A stretch of DNA of 63,516 nucleotides, the filler included, from Pirum gemmata (Eukaryota): assembly GCA_002812295.1 (NCBI GenBank). It is 19 parts of 19 records of this genome, joined end to end, with 100 filler letters (N's around TTAATTAATTAA, not from the genome) between each part and the next. Parts side by side here need not be neighbours in the genome. Positions count along the whole stretch, not along the records: positions 50,137 to 54,667 come from PDIN01003331.1; positions 54,768 to 57,940 come from PDIN01003332.1; positions 58,041 to 61,188 come from PDIN01003333.1; positions 61,289 to 63,516 come from PDIN01003433.1; 15 more parts are not named here. One strand, given 5' to 3'. The notes under the pieces were generated by a model. The model did no database searches. It saw only the letters and a program-made list of their open reading frames with translations, and was not told the origin of the DNA. Position 1 is the first letter of the stretch, and every line of letters starts with the position of its first letter. A program made the position numbers and the translations under genes. This document shows, one piece after another, positions 50,314-63,420 of the stretch.

Positions 50314-50721
50314 GTACAGGTGGCGATTTGGGAATAGCCGATGATACAAAGAGCATTGACTCACTGGACGATTTGGATCTGGAATTGGATGGTATTGACC
50401 TCCCAGATATGATACAGAAAGGTAAAATCGATTTGTAAATAAAACATTTGTGATAAACCATCCTTTTTCCGTATATATTATTACCCTAAACTTAACCTTA
50501 ACACTAACACTAACACTAACACTAACACTAACACTAACACTAACACTTAACAGTAACAGTAACATAACAGTAACCCTAACCCGAAGCCTAACCCTAAGCC
50601 TTTTTTCTTATATGTTATTATTATAACTTTGTAATTTATAATTGGTGTTTTAATTTTAATGGTCTTTTTATGTTTCTTCAAAATTTTAGACGACTTGGTT
50701 GATGAACTTGCAGATCTATAA
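50314..50721 (+). CDS. Last two exons (50314-50421, 50690-50721) of an acidic unknown protein
   Basis: TGGDLGIADDTKSIDSLDDLDLELDGIDLPDMIQK-D-DLVDELADL*; GT-AG phase 1. Confidence 0.7.
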
Positions 50722-51699
50722 TATATATATATATATTTGTTAAAAAAAATTTTTTTGTGAATAATTCAAATCTTTTTGAATTTTTTTGATTATGCGCAAA
50801 CCTTTACTGGACAACCTGTTCGGATTTTAATAGAGCGCTGAATTTGTATGAAAAGGTTGATTTAAAAACAAGGCCCTGAATTTGTATGAAAAGGTGGACT
50901 ATGTTCGGTGCTTTGATTTCTTATTTGAAATTGAGGTTGTCCTGTTTACGTTTAATAGCGTAGATGCTAAATGAAGAAGAAGAAGAAATGTGGGCCTACC
51001 TAAACTTTCGGATTGCATTCTTTAAAACACAAATAGTAAATACAAAATAAACGTGAAAGAATGTTGCGGAAATTTCTGATTTCTTTTTGTGCATATTGAT
51101 AAAGATAGTGCTCTATACAAACTTGCGCTCTTTTTTTTTTACTATTAAAAAAAGATAAGTATTTGATCCAGCTCTCTGATTTTTTTCTTTTAAGAATATT
51201 TTCCATGTGATTATTTGCAGGCATTTTGTAGTGTTTCTTGGCCATTCATCAACTATCCTGTTACCGTAATAGAAAACTAGAAGATACGGTTAACAATAGA
51301 ATAAACTGGGTTTGTTTTGACTAGTTTAACGATTTTTATTTCATTTATCAGAATTAAATTTGTACTTTTGAATGTACTTTTGATCGGATTTACTTTTTAA
51401 AAGCGATAGTAATCGAAATTATAAATTCTAAAGTAAATAACAGATCGAAAAGGTGGTTGAATTATTACACATCAATCCTTCTTAATTCTGCTAAAAAAAA
51501 AAAAATGCTTATATTAAAAAAACTTTGAAAATAAAATTCAAGTTAGCAAATAATAATTATTATTGTAAAACTGAAATACTAATATAAACTAGTATAGTAA
51601 ATATATAAATCATTAGAAACTGTATTATAGACCAGTGACTTTTGAAGATACTAACTGATAACGGTAGCTTTCATTCAGTTTCTAAATTATACACATGAG

Positions 51700-52995
51700 T
51701 CAGTTTTGATTATAATCTTCTTCGGCAAATATGAATAATTGATTGGCCGGTTTATAACCCGTGCTAGGTTTACAAGTCCATTGCAAAAACCTACCTTTTC
51801 GATGATTATGCTCTAAATCCATACAAAGTTTAGAATATTCATTTTGAAGTTGTTGATTTCCTAAATTCACTCCATGCCAGTTCCACTTTGTTTTTAATAT
51901 ATCCGATTCAGAGTTATTGTTATCAGAAGGGCAATCCATCAATTTCACTTTTTCTGTTAACTTTTCACTATCAACACCCACACATCTCTTCTTGCCATGT
52001 ATAGTAGTTTCTAATGTTTTTTGCTCTTGGTTGTATTTTATATCTAAGACAAACTCACTTTCACAACTACCACTTCGTAATCCAGAATACATAATTTTTT
52101 TTGGGTTATCCAAGTCGTCTTTATCTTTTAAGTCAAGGGAAACGCAATTTTCATTTATACCATTTATCAAATGGCTGCTTTGTGTGTGAGAACCTGGATA
52201 TCTTGGTTTTTGTTGAGCTTTAGTAAGAAATTTTGAAATTGAATGATATTCCGCCAGTTCTAATTTCTTAAAATAAAAAATTTGATCCTCATATACATTT
52301 TCATGTACTAAAGAATTGTTTCCCTTAATTTCATTAGTTTTATCTATTGAACATTGTAATTGCTCTACATATTGCTTTTCATTACTTGCACGTGGTTTCT
52401 GCCAACAAAGGGTTTCGCTAAAACCTCTTGTTGAGCCTGCAGAAGGTACCTTTTCTGTTGGCTCTTCGATAAAATTGACAGCACTTTGAATTTGATACCC
52501 ACGATTCCCCTTAGAATCAACCTCTGTTGTAGGTCTTAGGGAGAAAGTTCTTATTGGTCTGCGAATAGCACAGTTACCTATAACCAGTCTGGAAAAAGGG
52601 CGACTGTGATCAACAGAAATACAGCCTAAATTTCGAGTTTCTTCACTAAAAGCTTGAATGTATGCACTTTCTATTACATTACTGTCACTAGAATCAAAAA
52701 TATTTTCTTTGTAAAAATTGTTTAAAATAGTATCACTCACATTATTTGATAAAAACCTGACTTTCACAATAGAGGAGGAATCTACATCACAATTATCAAG
52801 GTACATCACATATACATTAGTGCCCCCACCAGCACTTTTAGAATGGAAACATTTATCATTTTGTCTTATTATATTCCATTCCCAAGTTTTAATAACTTCG
52901 TCGTATTGTTTCAGAACTAATGCCTCATTTAATGTTAAAAATGTTGTTAATATTATTGAAGTGATTACAATGGCACTATTTATTGAAAACGACAT
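51700..52995 (-). CDS. Secreted ricin-B/beta-trefoil lectin-like protein, 431 aa, intronless
   Basis: Signal-like MSFSINSAIVITSIILTTFLTLNEA; C-terminal QLQNEYSKLCMDL...FLQWTCK...NQLF; repeated paired-Cys subdomains. Confidence 0.82.
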   Translation of the reverse strand: MSFSINSAIVITSIILTTFLTLNEALVLKQYDEVIKTWEWNIIRQNDKCFHSKSAGGGTNVYVMYLDNCDVDSSSIVKVRFLSNNVSDTILNNFYKENIFDSSDSNVIESAYIQAFSEETRNLGCISVDHSRPFSRLVIGNCAIRRPIRTFSLRPTTEVDSKGNRGYQIQSAVNFIEEPTEKVPSAGSTRGFSETLCWQKPRASNEKQYVEQLQCSIDKTNEIKGNNSLVHENVYEDQIFYFKKLELAEYHSISKFLTKAQQKPRYPGSHTQSSHLINGINENCVSLDLKDKDDLDNPKKIMYSGLRSGSCESEFVLDIKYNQEQKTLETTIHGKKRCVGVDSEKLTEKVKLMDCPSDNNNSESDILKTKWNWHGVNLGNQQLQNEYSKLCMDLEHNHRKGRFLQWTCKPSTGYKPANQLFIFAEEDYNQN

Positions 52996-53519
52996 CGTGC
53001 TAAAATAAAATATTAATAAGAAAATAATCAAGTTATGATCCAGAATAACATATATATATTACTACAAATAATACCAATAAAATTGTATATAATCGGGTTA
53101 TAATTATGATCATGTACTAACAATATCGAAGTTGATTCTGTTAATCGATATATAAGGGTTGAAACTTATGTAAGATAATTTCTAAAAAAATTTAAAAAAT
53201 TCTTTGTAATATTTGGTAGTGTTAGTGTTTTAATTAAATATTATTATTATTATTAGTATTATTANTTGTTATTGTTATTGTTATTGTTATTGTTATTGTT
53301 ATTGTTATTGTTATTGTTATTGTTATTGTTATTGTTATTGTTATTGTTGTTGTTATTGTTATTGTTATTGACTCGTTATCATTGTTTTGGCTTCGCTTAT
53401 TTATTTGTTTGTTTTCATGACTATACTATTTAGTTCCCAAACAAATAAGCGAGGTAGAATTTTGGAAAAACTATTTTTATCGAGTATCGCTCATCAAAAA
53501 ACAAACCCAACTGTCCGAG

Positions 53520-54573
53520 ATGACCTCTGCTGATGCTTCTCGGGACCAAGATGTAAGTGATCAAACTTTAACTTCCAGAAGAATAAGCTTGGTTCTCGAA
53601 TTGTGCATTTTATTATTATTGTTACTATTACCATCATTTATTGTATTGTATTTTTATTATTATTATCAATTTATTTCGCTTTGTACACTACTTAAACAAT
53701 CTTCAAACTATAAAAAGAAAGTGGTTAATAAATACCAAATACAAAACAATGATAGGCTAAAAAACTATGAGGTTTTTTAATACTAAGAGAGAGTTTTTTT
53801 GTTTTTTGTTTTTTTGTTTTTTGTTTTTTATCGGTTTTTTTCGTGTGTGCTGATTTTATATACTACTCAAACAGGATTCCGTAGAGCACAGGAAAGAAAG
53901 CTTAAACTTTGAAGAAGACCTCGGTGCACCACCACCTCCGGTATGTCTATACCCTCGGTTTCTCGTATCTCAGTTTTTTATCATTTATTACTTTATTTTG
54001 AATTATTCTTTTTTAATAATAGAATAGAAGTTGTTTTTAATTTGTTTTGTTCTTTTGTTCTTTTGTTCTTTTGTTCTTTTGTTCTTTTGTTCTATTGTTG
54101 CTTTGTTGTTTTGTTGTTTTGTGGTACTTCTTATGTTTCTTTCTGTTTTCTTTGTAAATTTTGATTTGTTTGGAAAAATATATATTTAAGACTTGATTAT
54201 GATTTTTTGAGTGAATGATTTTGTAATAATTTAATGTGTATTTCTGCGTGTGAAGTTATTAAGAGTAAAATAGAATTTACATCCTTGTTTATGAAAGCTA
54301 AACCGGCGGTAACCTTTTTTTAGTTGTAGTTGTTGCTAATGTGGTGGGTTGTGGTTGTGGTTGTTTTTCTTTTAACGGATTTACAAAGCACTCTATAGTT
54401 TGTTTTAACTGAATTGTTTGCGGATGCTATCTTTTTATAATAGCGTAAATTTAACCAAGACATTTCGGGTCATGAAAGTGAATTTTCAAGTGCACTTTTA
54501 ACTGATAAACCCGAAAGTGATACAACTAATAATGTAAAAATAGATTTAGACTTGGGATTGGATGACTTACTAG
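53520..54573 (+). CDS. 5' exons (53520-53552, 53875-53940, 54444-54573) of an acidic unknown protein
   Basis: MTSADASRDQD|DSVEHRKESLNFEEDLGAPPPP|RKFNQDISGHESEF...KIDLDLGLDDLL; donors GTAAGT, GTATGT, GTATAA; phases consistent. Confidence 0.7.
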
Positions 54574-54907
54574 GTATAAATTTCAATTGTTATGTTCGTG
54601 TTATTACTTTTTCTGTAAATAGTCTTATGTTTGTATCCATTGTTTATTATTATTATTATTATTATTANNNNNNNNNNNNNNNNNNNNNNNNNNNNNNNNN
54701 NNNNNNNNNNNTTAATTAATTAANNNNNNNNNNNNNNNNNNNNNNNNNNNNNNNNNNNNNNNNNNNNTTATTATTATTATTATTATTATTATTTTATGTT
54801 ACCTTTTTATTTAAAATATTACTGTAGTTAAATAAAGTAAAAATATTTTTTATCCCTAATCCTAACCCACTTAATAATAATTACCATTACTAATATTTAA
54901 TGTTTAG

Positions 54908-55023
54908 GTCAATATGATCATAAACAATGTAGTTATACAATGGATAAGTTCAACGAGTGCTGCGAGCGAGCGAAAAAAAGGGAACAAGAACAAATCGAAA
55001 AAGGCGAACAATCATCCCCATAA
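54908..55023 (+). CDS. Terminal exon of a mitochondrial twin-CX9C protein, CMC4/MTCP1-like
   Basis: QYDHKQCSYTMDKFNECCERAKK...*: YD-x3-C-x9-CC. Confidence 0.65.
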
Positions 55024-55039
55024 TCAGCTGTCCTGGTTT

Positions 55040-56065
55040 TTATAAATTTTATCAGTTTAGTTGTTTATTTGGTAGCTTCAAAATCATTAACTGGAGTTCT
55101 TTGAATGAATAAGTAAATGACTAAGTATACCTAATTAAACATATAGTGTATCAAATAGATTCATATTGTAATTATTTTGGTAGGGGGGGGGGGTTATTTT
55201 ATTTTATGATGACAAAATATACGTAAGACACTATGGTACGTTATACATGAAGTGATCGTTATCACGATTCTAGCTTAATTTTTATTACTCCAGTTGTTTA
55301 TTTGGTAACGTCAAAGTAATTAAATGCAGTTTTTCGAATTAATGAGTAAATAGTTAAGCATGCCCAATTAAATATGTTTTATCAAATAGATATATATTAT
55401 AATTAGTTTGGTGGTTTTTGTTTCTATTTTATAAGGACAAAATAGCTAAGGCTCTATATGGCTGGTAGTCGTTATCATGATTCTAGCTTAGTTTTTATCA
55501 CTTCAGGTGTTTATCTGGTATCTTCAAAATTATTTACTGAGGTTCTTTAAATTAAAAAGTAAATAACTAAGCATACCTAATTGAATATATTGTATCAGAT
55601 AAATACGCACTATAATTAATTTGGTAGTTTTTGTTTCTATTATATGAAGACAAAATAACTAAGGCAGTAAGGCTCTATAGTATAGAGCACATGGCTGGTA
55701 ATCGTTATCATTATTCTAGCTTCGTTTTTATCACTTCAGTTGTTTATTTGGTATCTTCAAAATTATTTACTGGAGTTCTTTAAATGAAAAAGTAAATAAC
55801 TAAGCATGCCTAATTGAATATATTGTACCAGATAAATATACAATATAGTTAATTTGGTAGTTTTTGTTTCCATTTTACGAAGATAAAATAATTATAAGGT
55901 ACTATGGTGTATCATATAGGACTATGGAAGATATGCCTTCAAATAGAGACACACTATAATTAATTTGGTAGTTTTATTTTTATTTTTATTAAGACAAAAT
56001 AACTTTAAGGCAATATGATATATCATATGGGTTGTTTATTCGGTGCCTTCAAAATCATTATTGGA
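55040..56065. repeat. ~230-250-bp tandem array of diverged family-D-like units
   Basis: GTTGTTTATTTGGTA-x-CTTCAAAAT...AATTTGGTAG...GACAAAATA recurs ~4 times. Confidence 0.8.
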
Positions 56066-56129
56066 TGTTCTTTTTGCAGAAACTAGACAAGCTTTCCTAC
56101 ATAGGAAAAATAGGTTTGTTGTCTACATT

Positions 56130-56945
56130 TATTAAGCAGAAAACTCGAATATCAAAACTCGAGAAATAATTGTAGATTCGAATATATATAACCTCATTCT
56201 TACTAAAAATGCTCGAAAATGTTCAAAAATGTTCAAAAATGTTCGATATTTCTAGCTAAACTGTAACTCACTAATTTTCATATTTTCGATCTTGAAACTA
56301 TCTCATAGGCTTGTTGCAGTTGTACATTTTTCAAGCAGAAAACTCGAATATGTGAAATTCGAGCAATACTTGTAGATTCGAAATTTTTTAAAAAACGATA
56401 ATTGCTTAATAAGTTCGAAAATATTAAAAGGTGTTCGATATTATATATATTAATGAGCGAATTTCTCTTAAAAAAAACTCGAATTTCCAGATTTTCGATT
56501 TTGTTGTAGTTGTACATTTTTCAAGCAGAAAACTCGAGTGTGTGAAATTGGAGAAATAATAGTAGATTCGAAAATTTGTATTTTTTAAAAAATAATAATT
56601 GCTAAATAAGTTCGAAAATATTAAAAGTGTTCGATATTATATATAGAATGTAGACTATACATAATATTATTATAATATCTTAATTTCTCTTAAAAAAAAA
56701 CTCGAATTCCCAGATTTTAGATTTTGTTGTAGTTGTATATTTTCAAGCAGAAAGCTCAAATATGTGAAATTTGAGAAATAATTGTATCATAGATTCGGAA
56801 ATTTATATTTTTTAAAAAACGATAATTGCTAAATAAGTTCGAAAATATTAAAAAGTGTTCGATATTATATATATACAATGTATATGTCTATATCTTAATG
56901 AGAGAATTCTCTTAAAAAAGCTCGAATTTCCAGATTTCGATCTTG
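56130..56945. repeat. ~190-220-bp tandem repeat, ~4 units
   Basis: AAGCAGAAAACTCGAA near 56134, 56333, 56524, 56745. Confidence 0.85.
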
Positions 56946-57175
56946 TACGTATTTATTAACTTTCGCTCTAATAATAATAATAATAATAAAAAAGGTAAAA
57001 CGAACATAATTAAATTTTGCTTCATTGCCCACTCGAAAAAAATAATTAAATGAAAGTTAGACTTTGTGGTACCATAAAAATGACCTTTGTTTTTGCTATT
57101 AATAATTATTTATAATAATAATAATAATCATAGAAATGATAATAACGATCACAATAATAATGGTAGCGATATAAT

Positions 57176-57545
57176 AGGGTTAGGGGTTAGGGTTAAGGGA
57201 TAGGGTTAGGGTTAGGGTTAGGGTTAGGATTAGGATTAGGGTTAGGGTTAGGGTTAGGGTTAGGATTAGGGTTAGGGTTAGGGTTAAGGTTAGGGCTAGG
57301 GTTAGGNNNTAGGGTTAGGATTAGGGCTAGGGTTAGGGTTAGGATTAGGGTTAGGGTTAGGGTTAGGGTTAGGGTTAGGGTTAAGGTTAGGGTTAGGGTT
57401 AAGGTTAGGGTTAGGAATTAGGGTTAGGGTTAGGGTTTGGTTTAGGTTTAGTGTTGGTGTTAGGGTTAGGGTTAGGATTAAGTTTAGGGTAGGTTTAGGA
57501 TTAGGGTTAGGGCTAGGTTTAGAGATAGGGTTAGGGTTAGGGTTG
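57176..57545 (+). repeat. Interstitial (TTAGGG)n
   Basis: Direct reading; flanked by non-telomeric DNA. Confidence 0.92.
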
Positions 57546-57663
57546 AAAGGGGAAAACCTTAAATAAAAAGAAGTCCTTTTATTACAATTTTAAGAGAACT
57601 AAACTGTAATAATATCAATAATCGAATAGAAAGAGTTTTATTTATTTATTATTCACTGGTACA

Positions 57664-57827
57664 TGCTTTTCATTTATTTTGTCCCTCCATATTTATTTGG
57701 TGGGTCATAATATTTAAATTGACAATTTTATATGAATAAATAGATAATAAAATAAACCAAATTAAATTAAATGAATTTATATTGTGTTAATTGGGTACTC
57801 TATGATGACAAACCAACTGAAAAGCAC
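57664..57827 (+). mobile_element. MITE family D copy
   Basis: TGCTTTTCATTTATTTTGTC...TGACAAACCAACTGAAAAGCAC. Confidence 0.8.
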
Positions 57828-58399
57828 TATACAACTTATTTTTTATTCCTTTTCGAAAGTTATTTTTAACGCTTCTTGTCCTGTTTTGGCGAACTATATA
57901 TATATATAATAATAAGTAAAACAAATAATTAAACTAAATTNNNNNNNNNNNNNNNNNNNNNNNNNNNNNNNNNNNNNNNNNNNNTTAATTAATTAANNNN
58001 NNNNNNNNNNNNNNNNNNNNNNNNNNNNNNNNNNNNNNNNATAATGATAATAATAATAATAATATTAATATTAATAATAAAATTCGGGCTTACCAATGGC
58101 TAGTAGGCTACTGTTGAACTTCTTGTCTCGGTTCGACAGAATTTACCATATTTATTATATTTATATAATATATTTATAAAATTATTCAAGTATTTACACA
58201 AACATTAATATTACAAAACTTTCTACATCTTCTATTATAACCATAAAGTTTTAAGTCTAAGTACAAATTCGTATTATAGTACTTTTGGTATTATATAAAT
58301 TATAAAAATCGTTAGTTATAATACTAACATTTTTAGCTCAAATTAATGCCTTGATTTTTTTTACGAGTTTTGTATAACAAAAAGAATTGTTAAATTCCA

Positions 58400-59465
58400 A
58401 TAAAAAATACCTAGAGTAAAAGACCAGGGTAAATTCATAAACATTTTCTGATCTCTATTTTCATAACAAAGAGAGATAGAATTGAATTTTGACTACTTGA
58501 ATATTAAGATTTTGATAGAAATATATATTTTTGACCACTTGAATATTAAGATTTTGAATATTAAGAAATCTGGTAGATGCATCATTATTCAAAAACAAAT
58601 TATTTACTTGTTGGTTATTCGAACAAGTAGGAATAAAACAACTTTTTTGTTTGAAAAGATACATTCGTTTTGCTTTTTTGTATTATTAATTATAACTTGT
58701 CGAAATGGTTCATAAAGTTCATATCTTCTTAGAATATGTTCAGGAACAAATCCTTGCATTTTTTGTTGAAAATAATATATTGCTCAATATTCTTGTTAGT
58801 ATTATACCAAAATTAAAATTAAAAAACTACTTGCTAAAATACTTTGTTCATTAAAAACTTTTTCCACTAATGGATAAATAAAATCCAAAAAATAAAACAT
58901 CTACCATTTTTCCAAGTTTATATTTTTTATTGAAATACCGTATTTCTTAACCAAGTCTTGTTTAGTTAATTTGCATGAATGTATTTTATTCAATACCCGA
59001 ATTCGAGTTTCACAGGTTAGCATAAGTTCATCGATTTGTTTTTCTTCTAGCTTGCAATAATACCGTTTCATACGATTTACATATGGTTGTGGAGTTGTTT
59101 GAAATGCATACGATTTATTTCGATCAACAATATTGTAAACGTCTTCTTTCTTTTAATAACAATTCCATACTCTCGTAGTTTTTGTCGACCATTAGCAAAA
59201 ATAGCTTTATAACAACTTTTTATGTTATAGAAATGTAAATGTTTAAATTTTATATAGTCAATATGTTCATATTCTTCTGGAATCGTGGTGTTGTAAACAT
59301 GTACAAAACCACATTTAGTTAGATTAATCATTTTACATAAAATATATGTTCTTGATGTTTTTGTAATTGTTTTTGTTGTAGTTGTTGTAATTGTTGTAAT
59401 TGTTTTTGTAGTTGTTGTAATTGTTTTTGTAGTTCTTCTTGCATCAACTCTTGTTCACAATCATT
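58400..59465 (-). pseudogene. Frameshift-broken, apparently intronless ORF remnant
   Basis: Consecutive protein-like segments in shifting frames: CEQELMQEELQKQLQQ..., MINLTKCGFVHVYN..., PYVNRMKRYYCKLEEKQIDELMLTCETRIR..., MQGFVPEHILRRYELYEPFRQ... Confidence 0.5.
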
Positions 59466-59839
59466 TATATCTATATACATTTATACATTATATAAAGCTC
59501 ATATAATATATATTATTTTACTAATATAAGTTATTACTCTTGAATTTATTTACTACTACTATTAATAATATTATATCACTATAATTATATATTATTACTA
59601 ATATTATTAATTAACTATTATTATTACTATTATTATTATTATTACTAATACTATTATACGTGTTGAATTATGTATAATTATCTTGATTGAATGCTTTCAT
59701 GTATAATATAATATTATATAATTACAAATAAATAATTTGATGATTTATGAATGAAAATAATTGTTATTAAAATTATTATTTACAAAGTTTTTTGATTGGG
59801 TTTATTAATTAAAAAGTTTTTATTATATATTATATATTC

Positions 59840-60607
59840 TTAAATTTTTTTACTATTATCATTGTGATAGTATAATGTATCATCATCAACATTATTTTCA
59901 CCAGCATGAACATTACTTTGTTGTTTTGAAACACTTCTTATCACTATAAACGCGAAACCACTTCCAAACAACGAAGAAAAAAAAGCCAAAATGCTCAAAA
60001 CATAAGAATAACCAACCTGGCAAACCCCAACACCATAAGCTTGCGAACCACAAAACTCTTCAAAACCGGGGTTACCTAATTGTGCTGGTGATAGTAACAC
60101 TTGTGTTAACAAAGTGACCGACCCAATGCACAAACAAACAGCAGCAATTAAGTCAAAATACTTAAACTTTTTCGTAAAGCAAGTGAATAATCCCAACAAC
60201 CCCGCCACAAAGGCAAACGCTGCACCAAAAAATCCAATCGTTAATAAAATACCACTTGCAAAAAACATTTTCGGGTAAGGGTAATTATGCAATTTCCACA
60301 TCCCATCATAATAAGATGTACTTGGAATTTGTAATTCTTTAGTGTTAAACATACTATTAGGAGGTGAATTGTTTGGTTTAATTAATACATCAGCATCATA
60401 ATAACCTACCCCAAAGTTAATTTTACCACTATAAATTGTCCCTGATGCTAGAGGTATGTTACTAGCGCTTTTGTTTATTATGTTTAAAGGGTGTTTATTG
60501 AAATCTCTAGAAAAATAATTGTTAGTCAATATGGAAGTAAGAGCCAATGCAATGACTGCTAATGAACTAACTAGATAACCAATACGTAAAGTTGTGTTGA
60601 AATGCAT
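59840..60607 (-). CDS. Four-TM claudin/PMP22/SUR7-superfamily-like membrane protein
   Basis: 255-aa ORF; N-terminal TM, large loop, three more hydrophobic helices; CQVGYSYVL before TM4. Confidence 0.75.
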   Translation of the reverse strand: MHFNTTLRIGYLVSSLAVIALALTSILTNNYFSRDFNKHPLNIINKSASNIPLASGTIYSGKINFGVGYYDADVLIKPNNSPPNSMFNTKELQIPSTSYYDGMWKLHNYPYPKMFFASGILLTIGFFGAAFAFVAGLLGLFTCFTKKFKYFDLIAAVCLCIGSVTLLTQVLLSPAQLGNPGFEEFCGSQAYGVGVCQVGYSYVLSILAFFSSLFGSGFAFIVIRSVSKQQSNVHAGENNVDDDTLYYHNDNSKKI

Positions 60608-61574
60608 TGTTTTGTTTTGTTGTTTTGCTTTGTTTTGTTTTGTTTTGTTTTGTTTTGTTTGTGCTTGTGCTTGTGTGTGTATGTATGTATACTTCTTGTA
60701 TACTAATAATATTATGTACGTTGGAGTATGTGTTGTAATTTGTTGTTGTAGCTTGCAATGCTGTTATTATGTTTTTATTGTGTTTTTGTATTGTTCTAGG
60801 ACAGTTTTCTCTAGGACCAGTAAGTATGTATTCCAGTGTTAGGTTTTTATTTTTATTTTTATTTTTATTATTATTATTATTATTTTAATTTATGTAGTTT
60901 TTGTATTATGAATTAAATTTATTTTTGTAGGTTTTTGTTTTGTTATGATGATTATTATTAGGTATATATAATTGTTATTGTATCATACATTTTTTTTATT
61001 ATCATATTAAAAAAAAAATGTTATCAATATTTTTTATTTTCTTTATTTTTTTTATTATTATCATATTTTTTTTTTTAAAAAAAAAACTTTAGAAATTGGT
61101 TTTTACCCAACAGGAGTCTACCTCCCAATTCTGCTCAAGCCCGAAAACTCAAATTTCTTCTGTCAAAAAAGCCAAAATTCAGCTCCTTNNNNNNNNNNNN
61201 NNNNNNNNNNNNNNNNNNNNNNNNNNNNNNNNTTAATTAATTAANNNNNNNNNNNNNNNNNNNNNNNNNNNNNNNNNNNNNNNNNNNNTGTTGTTGTTGT
61301 TTTTGTTGTTGTTGTTGTTGTGTTGTTGTTGTTGTAGTTGTAGTTGTTGGGAGAAGAAACATTTGGTGGTTTTAATTTCACACTAGTGTTGTAATTTTTT
61401 AAATCATAATTAATAAAATCAATAAATTGAAAATGGTTTATATATAGGGATATTGCAAAGATGTTACTTTAACTGTGATGGATTTTTCGATACCGTTAGA
61501 GAAAACCAGGCGTTAACTTCCTTTGTGTATACCTACCAACTCCTTCTAACCCTACGCCCGCCTTTTTCTCTGAC

Positions 61575-62350
61575 CATTACCATAACCATAACCATAACCA
61601 TAACCATAACCATAACCATAACCATAACCATAACCATAACCATAACCATAACCATAACCATAACCATAACCATAACCATNNNNNNNNNNNNNNNNNNNNN
61701 NNNNNNNNNNNNNNNNNNNNNNNNNNNNNNNNNNNNNNNNNNNNNNNNNNNNNNNNNNNNNNNNNNNCATAACCATAACCATAACCATAACCATAACCAT
61801 AACCATAACCATAACCATAAACATAAACATAACCATAACCATAACCATAACCATAACCATAACCATAACCATAACCATGATTGACCATAACCATGATTGA
61901 CCATAACCATGATTGATCATAACCATGATTGACCATAACCATAATCATAACCATAACCATGACCATAACCATAACCATGACCATAAACATAGCCATAGCC
62001 ATAACCATAACAATTACCATAACCATAACCATGAACCATAACCATAACCATAACCACAACCATAACCATAGCATTACCATAACCATAACCATTACCATAA
62101 TCATAACCATAACCAAAACCATAACCATAACCATAACCATAACCATAGCCATAACCATAACCATAACCATAACCATAACCATAACCATAACCATAACCAT
62201 AACCATAACCATAACTATAGCCATAACCATAGCCATAACCATAGCCATACGTATAAATATAAATATAAGCATAGCTATAGCCATAGCTATAGCCATCGCT
62301 ATAGTCATAATAAAAAAGAAAATTTAACCGAAACCAAAACCATAACCATA
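61575..62350 (-). repeat. (CCATAA)n telomere-variant tract
   Basis: Direct reading. Confidence 0.9.
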
Positions 62351-62494
62351 ACGATGACAATAACCATATTCACAACTGTAACCATGGCCATCACCAAACC
62401 TATAATTACAAGAATACCTCTACCCCTACCCTAACCCTAACTTAATTGTGTTTGCACCGGTTAGTACTATTACAATTATAGTTATACCTATATC

Positions 62495-63420
62495 TACAAC
62501 TGTCAATAATAACAACTTTATAACAATAGCTGTAAATTCGATCTTAACTGAAACTACAACTGTAACTATAGGAATAGAAATAACAATACCAATACCAATA
62601 ACAATAACAATAACAACAAAACAACAACAACACCACCACCACTACGAACAACAACAAAAACAACTATAACTATAACCATAGCTATATAACTATAACTAAC
62701 CCTATTAGCATAACTATAATCATAACTAAAGTTATGACTATACTATAACTATAACTATAACTTTAACTGTAACTATAGCTCTACCTATGACTACCCCTGC
62801 CTTATATCTACCACTGTCAATAATAGCAACATTATAAAAATAGCTGTAAATTTGATCTTAACTGAAACTATAACTGTACCTATAAGAATAGAAATAACAA
62901 TAACAATAACAATAACAACAAAGTAACAACAACACCACCACCATCACTACCAACAACAACAACAACTATAACTATAACTATAACTATATAACTATAACTA
63001 ACCCTATAACTATAACTATAATCATAGCAAACGTTATGACTATACTATGACTATAACTATAACTTTATCTATAACTATAGCTCTACCTATGACTACCCCT
63101 GCCATATATCTACTGTCAATAATAGCAACATTATAAAAATAGCTGTAAATTTGATCTTAACTGAAACTATAACTGTGCCTATAGGATAACATCAAACCAA
63201 CAACAACATCATCACCATCACTACCAACAACAACAACAACAACTATAACGATAGCTATATCACTATAACTAACCCTATAACTATAATTATAATCATAACT
63301 CAAGTTATGACTATACTATAACTAAAACTGTAACTTTATCTGTAACTATAGCTCTACCTATGACTACCTCTGCCACTATGATATACTATGATATTCTATA
63401 ACTATAACTATAACTTTTTC
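62495..63420. repeat. ~300-315-bp tandem repeat, 3 units, rich in (CTATAA)n and (CAA)n
   Basis: ACTGTCAATAATA...AGCTGTAAATT near 62499, 62813, 63113. Confidence 0.85.

Noticed and set aside
51000..51245. 81-aa minus-strand ORF downstream of the lectin gene
   Set aside because: Short, no motif, no supported splice partners.
57176..57545. True chromosome end
   Set aside because: Non-telomeric sequence continues on both sides, so the tract is interstitial.
61448..61540. Possible isolated exon (GYCKDVTLTVMDFSIPLEKT or ILQRCYFNCDGFFDTVRENQ)
   Set aside because: Frame and donor are ambiguous; too short to assign.
61453..62360. ORFs of poly-MV/GY/WL/IT/HN, and similar ORFs at 3195, 15919, 17283, 26629, 28722, 30301, 33887, 36565, 41460-42510, 45963
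   Set aside because: Translations of tri- and hexanucleotide microsatellites.
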